From assembly GCA_028023455.1 (NCBI GenBank), contig JAQFVV010000003.1, positions 11,470,001-11,534,000 of the forward strand: 64,000 bases of DNA, given 5' to 3'. Shown here piece after piece: positions 52,250 through 64,000 of the stretch. A model generated the notes under the pieces. The model saw nothing but the letters and a program-made list of their open reading frames with translations. It was not told the origin of the DNA and made no database searches. The DNA comes from Epiperipatus broadwayi (Eukaryota; Animalia; Onychophora). How positions within the stretch are numbered: the first letter of the stretch is position 1; each line of letters starts with the position of its first letter. Position numbers and translations under genes: made by a program.

Positions 52250-55200
52250 AAACAAGAAGAGACAAACTTGTAAAATTGTTAAATATATTTTTAATATCAT
52301 CTGGAAAAAAATTTGTTGTTGGAGAATATTTGCTTAGTGTGTGGATGTGAAAAAGAAATTGGAATGCAGTGTGATAGATTTAATTTGATTTGGAAAGATC
52401 AGGAAAAATATTGCTAATGTTTAGAAAGTGATTCAATATGCCATTTTGAATATGAAAGAAAAAAAATTTTCTGAGTGTATGTGTTTATTGCAAAGAGGCT
52501 TTAAACCTAAGTCAAGCATAAGATTAGATGTTTTTACTAAGTTTGCTATTAAAGAATTTTTCAATTTAAGAATAATGTTGAAGTGTAAGGTTAGGAAACA
52601 TGTTTATCGATCACCATTTTTTAAAAAAAAAGTTTGTCTGTCCTTTTGTATAAAAAAGTTTGAAGAGTAGTAGAAAAATCATAAATTTAAATATAGAATA
52701 AGGAAATTGAAAAATAAGGAAATATGGATTGCAATTGTATCCCACAACCTGGTCAGAACTAAATTGGGCATGCTTTGATAAAGCGTATCGTATATGATAA
52801 GATTTTTTATTTGAAATCCTTAAATAAAACTAGAAAGGATGTAACAAATGTATGGTTATGTAGATCATGTATAAATGTGATAAAAGAGATGAAAAATAAT
52901 TTCTAAGAGTAGATAATTTAAAGAAAAAGTCAGAAGAAATAGGGGGAAAGGTAGTTAAGGGAATTAAAATAAAGTATGTATTTAGAGGAGTGACAAGAGA
53001 TATGGATGACAAAATAAGTAATGCAATGAAGATAGTTAGCCAAAGAATAAGTAAGATAAAAAAAGAGAAAAAGAATATAAAAGTAAAATTAAAATTGTTA
53101 CAGATGAAGTATGAGTAGATCAAAAAATTAATGAATAAAAATGATAAGGAGAAACTAGATAAGAAAGTTTAAGGAAGTTCCAAAGATGGAAAAAAAAGTT
53201 ATGAATGAAGTAAATAAAGTAAACTATGAGACAGTATTGATAGAAGACTCGTTAATTAGTGTTTGTGGAGATGTAATTGCAAGAAATAATAGGAATGTAA
53301 GAGTATGTTTGCCTGGAGCAAGAATTAGGGATGTTACAGATAAGGTAAAAAAACAAGGAAGTAGAAATGTTATGGTAGAGACAAACAATTTGTCAGAACC
53401 ATCAGAGTAATAGATGAGTACAAAGAATTGATTATCAATAATTATGCGCTTTTAATGCTCGTTAAAGAAGTTATATTTATTAATAATTTATTTAAAGCTT
53501 AGCGCTTTCAAAGCTCCATGGCTTCATACTCATAGCTGTGTGTGGTTGATAGTGATGAGGGGGAGGATTCAAATTTATGTTAATAATTTGAATAAAATTA
53601 AAGAAAGAGTAGGAATAGTTGGATTATTATCAAGACTCAACAATAGTGTTATATATTAGATAGGGCATGATCTATAAATGAGATTAAAAAAATTATGCGA
53701 GAGAAATAATGTTATGTTTATGGATGCATGGGATTTTTTATTAGTAAAAGGGAGTTATACAGTAAAGATGGATTGCACTTAGCAAAACAAGAAAATGAAG
53801 CATTAGGGAGTTTGATTTATAAAAAATATTTAGTTCAGAAAACTTATAAATGGGAGTAGAGTTTTAAATTACAGTATTATCAAAAAGACAAAGAATAGAA
53901 GACATGTAAGAAATAAACAAGTGGTAGCTAATTTAGATATAAATATATCTGAAGTGAGGGGAAAGGTCTGTAAAATTAATGATAAACAAGCTAATTATAA
54001 ATGCAATAGAGAAGAAAAAGTCAATAGAATTTACAAAAGGGTGGTTAAAAAAGAAGAAATTGTTAAAATTGGATATTTGAATATGCAAGATCATAAGAGA
54101 CCAGAAAAGTGGCAGGAAATAAGCAAAGTAGTTAAAAATGAAGAATTACTCTCCATACAGTAGCACCACCAGTGCAAGCAAGAGTAAACAGCTTGTGTAA
54201 ACATAAGAAATGGTGATCATGTTATGTTTAGTGGTTAAAAATGAAGAGCTTGAGGTATTAGCAGTAATGGACATACATCTAAGAGAAGAACCTATACTGC
54301 AGGACTTGCTGTGGCACGATATAAATAGAAAAAAAAAGGAATTGTGGTATATTTAAATACTGTTAAATGTCAAGAACATTTGTGGTTTGAGATAAGGTTA
54401 GGAAAACGAATTGATAGTGGCTGTTGTGTATATGGTCACTGGAGATAGTCCAACTATAATGGAGTGGGGATCAGTGGCTTGTATAAATGACTAGTTAAGG
54501 ATATACTGAGTTTCAAAAAAGGGGAAAGAAAATAATGGTTATAAGGGATATGAATGATCATATTAAAGAAATTGATGATGTAGAGAATAGAATGAATGGT
54601 TTTAGAAATTTTTTTAACAGAGAGTGAATTTGAGCATTGGAAATTTATCAAATATTTATGAGGGACATTACACATGGTCTATAAATAATATATTTCACAC
54701 AATAGATTATGTATTAGTAGAGAAAGATGGAATTAATAAAGTACGAAAAATTAAAGTGTTTGATAATGAAGAAAGAGTACGTAATAGTGATCGTAATTTC
54801 TTTATAATAGAAATGATTAGTAATGTGATGAAAAATAAAAACAAAAGTAGAAAGGATAGTAAAAGATGTGGATGGAGAATGAATGATAAGAATAAGTTAG
54901 AAGAATATAAAATAAAAGTAGAAGAAATTATGGAAGAATATATTGGGAATGAATATAAAGACTGGTGTGGTGAATTAGAAAAGTAGCAAATAGGGTTTTA
55001 GGTGAGATTATGCAGAAGAATAAAAAAGTGAAAATTAGTAAAAGAGTGAGAAAAAGCATGCAGAGAATATAAATGTGCTATTAAAAACAAAGAAAGTGAA
55101 AAGAATGTTAATATTAAATGGGAAAAAATATTTTTAAAAAAAGTTGGCTAAAATATATAATTATAGAGAGAGAATGAAATTAAATAGTGAATTATTAGAG

Positions 55201-55340
55201 GATATTAATAAAAATGGAAGAAATGGGAGCAAAAAATTTTGGAAATATATTAAAAGCAGCAATGTAGAAGAGAGATAAATAGTATTATTAAATGATGAAG
55301 AAAAAGAGTATATCTCTAGAAAAGAATTAGACAATCTTAA
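52250..55340 (+). mobile_element. Degenerate LINE (CR1/L2/RTEX-like) with PHD + coiled-coil + SGNH-esterase ORF1 and APE ORF2
   Basis: ICLVCGCEKEIGMQCDRF (PHD-like), VLIEDSLI..VRVCLPGARIRDV and KDGLHL (SGNH esterase). KIGYLNMQ, GDMNDHI, YTWS..TIDYVLV, NSDR (APE). RT is absent. Confidence 0.8.
54145..54233. mobile_element. 89-bp insertion with a 14-bp TSD inside the LINE APE
   Basis: GTTAAAAATGAAGA at 54131-54144 and 54234-54247. Removing the insert restores the frame VVKNEELEVLAV. Confidence 0.85.
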
Positions 55341-55371
55341 ATAATTATGTAAATAGATGTAGAAAAGATAT

Positions 55372-55448
55372 TAGAAGGAGAGGCAAGAGAGAGAGGAGAA
55401 GAGGCAGGAGGGGAGAGAGGGTGGGGAGAGGGAGGGGAGAGAAGAAAA
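55372..55448 (+). repeat. Polypurine G/A-rich tract
   Basis: Almost purely purine, with several GGG/GGGG runs. Confidence 0.8.
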
Positions 55449-56017
55449 TTTAAGCTCGACTCTCCATTGTAGTTACATTTCTCAGCACACTTCTAACCAT
55501 TTACCATTAAAGTCACAATTAAAATTTTAAAAAAATTAAAATATTCCTATGCCCATCCCCATATTCCTGATCCATCCCTCCATCACACTTGCATTCACAG
55601 GTCATCCATACTACTATTTCACTTCATTCTAAAATTTTCATCTTGCTAGCTCTTTCCCCATTGATAATCTCTCTTCAAGGCTTTAGAATAGTATGGTCTG
55701 GAAGTTTATCTAATTTGCTATGAATTATTGGTGATAAATAAATACTCTCCCCCAGTGATTACCTCCATAGTTGACCTTGGCTGAATCTAACATAGTCAAT
55801 GTCCATTTACTCTAAATTTCCAATAATTAAAATTAAGTTTTAAACAAAAATTTTGAAAATAATATCTTATAAACACTTTGATAATTAAAGAAAAATTATT
55901 AACAAGTTCATCTGGAAAGGTATTTGAATACAGCGGGTGGATAAAGGATTTTATGTCCACCCACTGCACTCTCTATCACCCAACATTCTGAGATTGTGAT
56001 TTGAATTCTGCAGTGTT

Positions 56018-56123
56018 GCGTTGTTAGCCGAGAGGTCATCGCACTCGCCTTGCAAGCAAGTAGTTGGTTGCAGACGGGTATGGGTTCGTGTCCCGGTCGA
56101 TGCTATGACATATGAAAAAAAAA
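56018..56123 (+). mobile_element. Young tRNA-derived SINE or tRNA retrocopy
   Basis: A box TAGCCGAGAGG, B box GGTTCGTGTCC, cloverleaf-like fold, short tail plus poly(A). 14-bp TSD AATTCTGCAGTGTT (56004-56017 and 56124-56137). CpGs intact. Confidence 0.9.
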
Positions 56124-56219
56124 AATTCTGCAGTGTTTAATAATTTTATAAAATAATCTTTTAAATAAATTTTACCTGGTATGATTTAACAAAGTATGTT
56201 ATACTTAAAATTTAAGTGA

Positions 56220-56523
56220 TAGTGTATCGATTCATCGGGATTTCTAGAATTTATTATACCACAAAACAGTGAGACATAGATCGAAGTTTACTTTAAAACA
56301 ACAATTTTATTAACAAATATCAACTTTAAAAAAATATATATCTACATTATTTACACGTTTCACATCGCTTTCCACTGTTCTTCAACCGTATATAAAAAAA
56401 TTCACAAAATAAATAGCTGATTTTGCTACGTTATCAAATAACTAATATTATTTAACTCTTACTGACTGGGATTTACACTTGCCGTGGAATAATAAAAAAA
56501 TGATTATACTATTTGCTTTAACA
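56220..56523 (-). mobile_element. Possible solo-LTR-like segment
   Basis: Retains CpG, has AATAAA on the minus strand and TG..CA candidates. No TSD found. Confidence 0.25.
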
Positions 56524-58049
56524 AAATTTTTAATATTAAAATATAAGAAATTAACTTTCTTCCTATATTTTATAAGCTCAAATAAAGGATTTGTTCTATG
56601 ATTAGACAGATTACTTATGAAGATAACTCTCCATATAATAAGTAGCTAGTAAATTACATTAATTATTTCAACCTAATATACCTTAACACTATGCTTTAAA
56701 TTGGAGATATTTTAAGCATGGATTACCCTCTTGTGAATCAAATTCCTACTATTCAAGTCTTTAAGAATCAGTGCTTACCTAGATCATTCATTTACATGCA
56801 TGCAATCACATACTAATGTCCCTATCATAATAATAATATCTTAGTTGGTGTACTGTTTCAGTGATATTCTCAGCTGGTTGCAAATATAACTTTAGATATG
56901 TGCTGCTTATTATAGTTACTCCCTGTGTTTTAAACTCTTACTTCAATATTTAACTAAATTAATATTCTTGGCTCTTATTAGTAAAATAAAGCATTTAAAT
57001 AATGCAATGACTTAGTACAACAAATCGCACATGTAATCCGCACTCATTAAGAAACATCAAATTAATTTTACGACCCTGTAGACAAAATTTATAACTGATA
57101 CTTTTCTGTGTTCTAAATACATACACCCATAAGGAAATGAAGTCAGCATTAGCATGAGGGTAGGCAAAGACTCGAACAAGAGAAAAATACCTTTTTCATT
57201 AAGATTGAGATATGCTAGGAATTTATCACTAGTCATACAGGGATACATGGGTATGCCTAATACACTCTGGCTATCAATAAAGAAATCATCTTATGGTATA
57301 GAAATAGCTAAGTGGAAAACTCATCCACTGCATTTAAATACTTCATAAAATTGGATTAAACATCTAAGTGAGCAAGCTAAGCTACAGCTGCACTAGCTAG
57401 GTGGTGATTCATCCAACCACATATACAAGGGTCTCACATTAATTTGTACACATAAAATTTTACACTTGCACTCCCCCTATGAAATATTGCACTACTACAT
57501 GAGCCAACAATTTTCCAAGCATCAATTAGCTTACATCTAACTTAATTTAACTTTTACTATAATAATAAATAAGAAATGTATATCATCTGTAAAATCATCT
57601 TTCTGGACTTTTATAACATAGTTATGGTATTTTATCACAACATGCATTCTATCTTTAAATAAATGTCTATAAGCATAAATATTTAATAATACCCGATCTC
57701 TTAAAAACACTTCATATAAAAAATGTTCTTAATTATATATCTCACTCTTTTTATTAAGGGTAAAGCACTAAATTAAGATTTGAATAAGGCATATTTCAAA
57801 AGAAAATTTTATAACTCAAGTAATAAAAACTTTTATATAAGTTAAATTTAAACTGAGGTATAGGATTAGCTTCTTTTTTTTTAAATTTAATCTCAGAAAA
57901 TAATAACTAGAAGTAATAAAATTATACTTATACAGTCCTACCACATCATCCTCCTGATCTTTCTTACATTTTCCTGCAAATCTCATTTAGTTGGTGTTTT
58001 GTTTATTTTATTTGGTTTTGTTCCATGTGCACATGTATTGAATTATCTA

Positions 58050-58820
58050 ATCCATGGGAAACTCTGATACATTTTAATGAATTAATCCTTGAGGTTTATT
58101 ATTTCTGCTCATATTTTTAGCACAAAATCCGTTTTCTTTTTTAACGGTATAAAACACTAATCCCGGGTATTTATTTTAGGAAATCATTTTAGGTATTGGT
58201 AATCTGTATAATGGATGAAATAATTTTTCAATTCATTCAAATTCTTTATTCGTTTAGAGTTCTTTGCATAAGATTATTTTTATAGTTGAAGACAACCAGC
58301 TTTTCTGTTTAGAGGCGTACGTTGGTCTAATGTACCTTCACTGCAAGAAGTCTATTTATCTACGTATTATCATAATATTCTTTTAGTTTATCCTAGTTTG
58401 TTAATCTTTCTTTGGTTAATAATTATTTTTCTTATCATAATATTCTTTTAGTTTATTCTAGGTTGTTAATATCTTTCTTTGGTTAATAATTCTTTTTCTT
58501 CTCCTTTATGAGTCATGATTAGTTTAAGTTACAATGATACCATAAGTATTTCAAATGGGATTTAACCTTCAGATCCACCCTAATTTTAAAAAAATCAAAA
58601 TTATCTTCTTTCGGAATTTTGGATAATACAAATAATTAGATCCGTCAGTTTCAATAAATTCAAATTCGAAATCAAAACTCATAGAATACAGTGTTTCCTC
58701 GATTTTTCCCGAGCAAAATTCTCTCTGCGGTTTATGCTTCATTGTTTGCCGATTGCTAAAAAGATTGCTTACATTTGTATGGGAAAAGCTCATGATGTTG
58801 GTCAACTTCCAGAGAAACAA
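58050..58820 (-). mobile_element. Possible hAT transposase N-terminal (TTF-zinc-finger-like) remnant
   Basis: NKYPGLVFYTVKKENGFCAK resembles YPWL.YS..KDG.FC. CpG retained. Internal 65-bp tandem duplication at 58367-58500. Confidence 0.35.
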
Positions 58821-59918
58821 GTGCTTACCTAATATAAAAATTTTACTCCCTGATCATTTTACAATATTATTAATAAGTTGACGAAGTTTTTCACTCAGAA
58901 AACCAGAAAAAGTAATATAAGACTTAAATTTTTATAATGAAAATTGCTAATTTAACCTGACAAGATTCTTCTAGCTAGTCTGACGATGAATAGAGCCCTC
59001 CTAAAGGATGGATTAGGTTTTTATATTGTCTGGATCCCCCCCCCGCCCTTTTCAATTCCTGAATGATTGACTTGCCAAACTAATTATACTAATTTTTAAC
59101 TGTTTGATTACAATTGTTTATAAATTATTTATTCGCACTTTGTACAATTATCATGTGGTTTTGTGGAAATCTCTCTGAAAAAATAAAATGAAAGTTTTTA
59201 ATAAAAATAATAATACATAGCAGCCTGATTTTAAACCTAGAATTTTGAATGGGAATTGGCTGCTATGAATGAGTTATTGAGACAAAATAATAACTTCTTT
59301 AAAAGAGCTTTCCACTGATATCATACATTATTTTCTTTGATTAATAATTAATTCTATAATTAAAATTTACAATAAATTTTACACATATATACTTCTATCC
59401 CACATAAAACTCTATCTAAACCGATTGCTAAATACTTTGATTAATTGTTGAGATTTTTTTTCTTTGACAAATTTACTTTCATTAAATTATAGCGTTATAA
59501 TTTACTGTTATAAAATACAACCATTTACTCTTAGTAACTGAAACACACAGGCTTATTATATATCTATGTCTATATATGTAATATATAGGGTATCTCCCCT
59601 TCTTCCTTTTTCAATCTCCAAACTATTAAAAATATTTCATAAAATATTGTTAACAAATAAATTTCTCAATCACGATTTCTGCTTTAATATTATTTTACTA
59701 ATTGACACTAAAATAAAATACTCTCTGTTTTATAAGCTTTATAAATAAATTTTGTTTTGCATATGCAATTTTATTCTGATTCAAACTTAGCACCGGTTAG
59801 AAAACTTACATGTTACCACAAAATATCTTATGAGGAAAATTTTACTAAACTTTGTAATAAATAACGGCTATATATTCTAATCAATGATAAAGATATGTGT
59901 AAAAGATAATGATATGGG

Positions 59919-59960
59919 CAAACTGATGAGTGCTGGTTCAGCATAAAATGTGCATCTTGT
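59919..59960 (+). ncRNA. Minimal type I hammerhead ribozyme, copy C (degenerate)
   Basis: CAAA-CTGATGA-GTGCTG GTT CAGCAT-AAAA-TGTGCATC-TTGT; same family as 2986-3027 and 3196-3237. Confidence 0.65.
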
Positions 59961-60949
59961 GATCATACATCTTTTCCAATGTTTTTAGTCATACATTTAC
60001 AATTACATTCCTCCATAAGGTGTTAAAAATGGATAGAAACTAGTCCCTACCTTATGTGAGAGTGGTGTAGTGAAAATTACATTACAGAAATATTATTCAA
60101 TAAGATTATCATTACTTTCAAAAAGAATACCTATTACATAAGCTTTGAAAGGACAATATCTCAAGGTGTTAAATGGACCAAAAACCCAATATCTATGTGT
60201 TATGTTTGTCTCATATATTGATTTATGTTCACACATATCAAACTTCATCTTTTGTCTTTTTGTTTTTTGCTTCTCTCTTTTTCAGAAATTTGAATAGGCT
60301 ATTCATTTACAAATGTCTGGTAATAAAATTTCCATATATAAAACAAAAGAGTGCATTTAATCTTAAAAATACTAGCTATAACTAATTTATAGCATGCTGC
60401 CAACTCTAGAAGTGTTCTATTAGTATATTTTAATATTGGTATAATAAATTTTATAAGGTTAAATCCAGGATGTTTACATTATATATTCAGATATCCAGAG
60501 ATACATCACAAAATTGATATTGATTATAATGTTTATTATACCAAGTATTATTTATTATATATAACAGCATAATAATGCTATTAAATTCCTATCAATTTCA
60601 TTATATTAAATATATTTGTATATATGCGAGTGTGTAATCAGATTGGATTTATCGTCATTTTTTTTTTCAATATTTGTTTTTGCTTATCACTATTGCATAA
60701 CAATTGCTATGTATGAAATTTCTAAGTGCTGTTTTGATTTCTATTCTCATATCTCATTGTGTTCTTAATGCACTTGTGTAGCATCTTCTGTATAACTTTC
60801 TTTCTTGTTATGTCATTCACTAGATTATGACAAGCTTCTATAATAATTCAAACTGTTAATATTCCTTCTACATTTAAAATTGAAATTACAAATCTCATCT
60901 TCAAAACTATCAGCAGCTCTGCATTTATTACTTTTTATTTGGCTCCGTT

Positions 60950-61195
60950 CATCATCATCATCATCAACCATTATCAATACATTGCAGGATGAAGGTCTCT
61001 CCAAGTTCAATCCATCTTTTCCTATCTTTAGCTTCTTTTCTCCACATCACCCCTGCACACTTTCTTATTTCATCCATCCATCTCATACTAGACCAAATAA
61101 GGAATTGTACAATTTTTACATAGTTCATGTCAAAATAATCCAAAAGATGATCTCATATGGGTTATTTACTCCAATAATGTATCACATTAAAACAA
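60950..61195 (-). mobile_element. RTE-clade 3' end fragment
   Basis: Reverse complement of the family 3' end, with a (CAT)n tail on the plus strand. Confidence 0.85.
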
Positions 61196-61859
61196 GTGGA
61201 AAGCATAAAATTTAAAATTGTGATATCCATTAAATTAGTCTGTAAGAGATTTGAAGACAGAGAGCTTCACACTGCAATTGTAAATTTGTTTCTTTTATAC
61301 ATGTTTTTAAAAAAAATTATCTATAATCCAAAAGGTCTACATTTTTGAGGTATTACTAAAATGTCAGATTCCCATAAAAATGTCCTCAGATTTTTAATGG
61401 TTGAGCCTATTGTATTCCATTACTTATTCAAATTTCTAAATTTGGCAGTGCACAAACGAAAACCTCCAACTTTAAATTGTGACATGATAATCAAAATAAT
61501 TGAATGAATGTTTCTTCCTAAAATTATTATATCCATTTTTTTTTTTGTTTTCATATTAGAATTTTATTACAATCATAAATGTCCAAGTGTTTTTAATATA
61601 AGGATTGCCAATGTCATAGCATATTTGTTTATTTAATAATTATAATGCAAATATTGATTTGTAGAAGTTAATTCATGACAACTATATCTTTTAGGGATGG
61701 CTCTACTTTTATCACCCATTAAATAATTTAAAATAATTATTGATCAGCCTAAAATATAAAATGAATAAATTTCTTAAATGAAAATATAATCATAGTACTG
61801 ACTGAGTAATCAAAAGGATCCACAGACAATATTCCAATAATTATTTAGATTTTGGGTTC

Positions 61860-63286
61860 ACATGGACTCGTGAGAAAAAATGCCAAGTTCCTCACTACAT
61901 TGAATGTGTGGTAAAATTCAGTACCGATATTTTTCAATGAAACATTCCAGTCTTGAGTCCAGCCAAATTGCCTCATATAACATAGCAGAATTAATTGTAT
62001 TAAAATTAAAACTATATACTATAGCAAAGCCATTAATTTGCCAGTATATTGGGAAGATGTAAAAACTATGTTCAGAAAAGAGGATGCAAAAAACAAAATT
62101 TTTAAAATTCTTCTTAGATGACATTATCAAAAAAAGAACTAAAGATATGTCAGATAATATTAAGGGAATGGTTGCTAAAAATCTTTCTAATCAATATTTT
62201 GTTTTGTAAATTGATAAGTCAACTGACATAAGTGGAAAAGCTCATAAAATTCTGGGATACCTTTGTTTTATTAAACAAAACAAAAAATAATTAGCCTATT
62301 TTCATGCTGCAGAGAACTTACAAAACATCAACAGGACGTGATATATTTCAATTAATTAAATCAAATTTATGTGTTGGAATAGGCTCTATTAAAGAATTTG
62401 TTACTCTAGCAAAGAACAAAACCCCAAATATCATATTCATTTATTGTTTTTTACACAGGGAAATTTTAGTTTCTAAAACACTATCAACTATAATAAAATC
62501 CGTATTCAAACAAGTTATACATATGACAAACTATATTAAAACCAGGCCTTAAAAACTCAGCTTTTCAAAATTCTTTGATTGATCTATGGAAGCTAGTATA
62601 AGTCTTTACTTTTATATAATGGTATAAGATGATTATCCAGAAATAAAGTACTACTCTATATTTCAGAATTCAAGAATGAATTATTGATGTTTTTCCAAAA
62701 TGAAAGAGTAGACACTTTCGAAAAATATCTTAATAATGATATTTGTTGCTCAAAACTAGATATTTGGTTTATATTTTTAGTATTTTAAGTCAATTCTAAT
62801 AAACAAGGAAAAGAATTTGGTATTTTAAAAAAAAATATGCCTTTAGAAAAATTGAAAAATTTAGTAGATATGTTTCTCTCATTTCAGTATAAAAATGTCA
62901 ATGATGAATATTTAATGGGAAAAGATTACTTACTACTTTCCAGCATTAAATATTGAACATTATAACTGTATATGAAATCTATTTTATATTAATGACACAA
63001 GTCATGATTTTTCTTCAAAAGAATCTAAAAATCTCGGAAAATGAATCTGGAAAAATTTTGGATTTTGACTCAGGAAGAATGTGCCATTCTTTCTCAAAAA
63101 GCTCTTAAAATTTTGTTACAATTTTTAACATCATATTTATGTGAATTCAGTTTTTCACAATTAATATAAAAACCAAAAATAGTTAAAGGATTACAAATTT
63201 AGATGAAAAAATCAGGATAAACATATCATATTTTAGACCCATAGTGCTAATATCTGTACAAGCATCTGGCACAAATTTCTCATTAA
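61860..63286 (+). mobile_element. Decayed hAT transposase (Buster/Charlie, ZBED5/SCAND3-like family)
   Basis: ASYNIAELI..K.YTIAKPLI, TSTGRDIF, YCFLHREILVSKTL...VIHMTNYIKTRP, terminal AQISH*. Many frameshifts. Confidence 0.85.
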
Positions 63287-63524
63287 ATTTTATTTTAAAA
63301 AATAGTATTTTAGAATTAGTGACTTTTTGTATAATCACTATATATTGTTCCAATATCATGGTTGGTACATATAATAATTGTATCTAGAAATTATTAAAAT
63401 AAAATTATTCATTAAAAGAAATAGTATGTAAAAGTATAAGAGTTTTTATTGCAGTTTGTTTTCGAAAAATGTAAAATTAAAAGACAAAGAGTAGTTGAAA
63501 TAAAAGTTACAATTAATTAATTAA

Positions 63525-64000
63525 AAGGGGAGAGGGGGTTTGCTTTAGAAACGTCAAACTGAAAATTTTATAAAAGAAGTTAAAGAGTTTTTTATTATTA
63601 TTAGTTGAAGTATAACTTAAAGTTTAAAAATATAAATCACTTTTTATTTAAGTTAAAGAAAAAAAGGTCATCTTAAAAATTAAATAATGAATTGATCTTA
63701 AATTATATATGTGCGTAAATGATGAATTAATATGAGTTTGTTAGTAAAATATATATGTGCGATTGTAAATATAATAAATGTATGCGTATTAAATATTAAA
63801 AAAATGATATAGAAAATTATCATTAAAAAACAACACGTTTGGATGGCTGCTAATTAATATCTCCAACAACAGGATTAAAAGCTTATCTTGAGGAATGCAA
63901 TTAAAAACAAGAAAGGAATTTCAACAACATATTGCCGGCGGATATCAAAGCGACAACAGGCCTTAAGTATAAATAGTCCAGTTTTTCATCAGACAATCAG
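63525..64000 (+). mobile_element. Possible PPT plus LTR start running out of the window
   Basis: Purine tract AAAAGGGGAGAGGGGG, then a CpG-retaining segment with TATAAATAG near 63968. Confidence 0.25.

Noticed and set aside
57100-57250. AYPHANADF resembling the transposase PHSNA motif
   Set aside because: Isolated motif with no ERxFS or other domain context.
3426-62130. Most short ORFs in the supplied track (F/I/L/Y/K-rich, 60-110 aa)
   Set aside because: Composition reflects AT-rich or microsatellite DNA, or antisense frames of TE remnants. Not supported as genes.

Overview
Very AT-rich, strongly CpG-depleted eukaryotic DNA, most likely an invertebrate animal intron or intergenic region. 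I found no confident host protein-coding exon, rRNA, intact tRNA gene or CRISPR array. The window is mostly decayed transposons. It holds Penelope-like (PLE) GIY-YIG and RT remnants with hammerhead-ribozyme (HHR) motifs, at least five copies of one RTE-like LINE, a LINE with PHD + SGNH-esterase ORF1, another APE/RT LINE, several Gypsy-like LTR remnants, a Buster/Charlie-type hAT transposase, a pogo/Tigger-like MITE, tRNA-derived SINEs, and many fold-back and short tandem repeats. The most interesting signals are these: (i) a three-copy family of minimal type I hammerheads, two copies forming an inverted pair; (ii) other PLE ends carrying HHR variants, one preceded by a tRNA-like head; (iii) LTR elements with 26-29 bp collapsed micro-LTRs and a PPT-LTR-PBS junction; (iv) a small TSD-flanked mobile unit with a CTCF-like motif; (v) an unexplained structured island at about 33.8-34.0 kb. 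All family assignments come from manual translation and motif recognition, not database searches.
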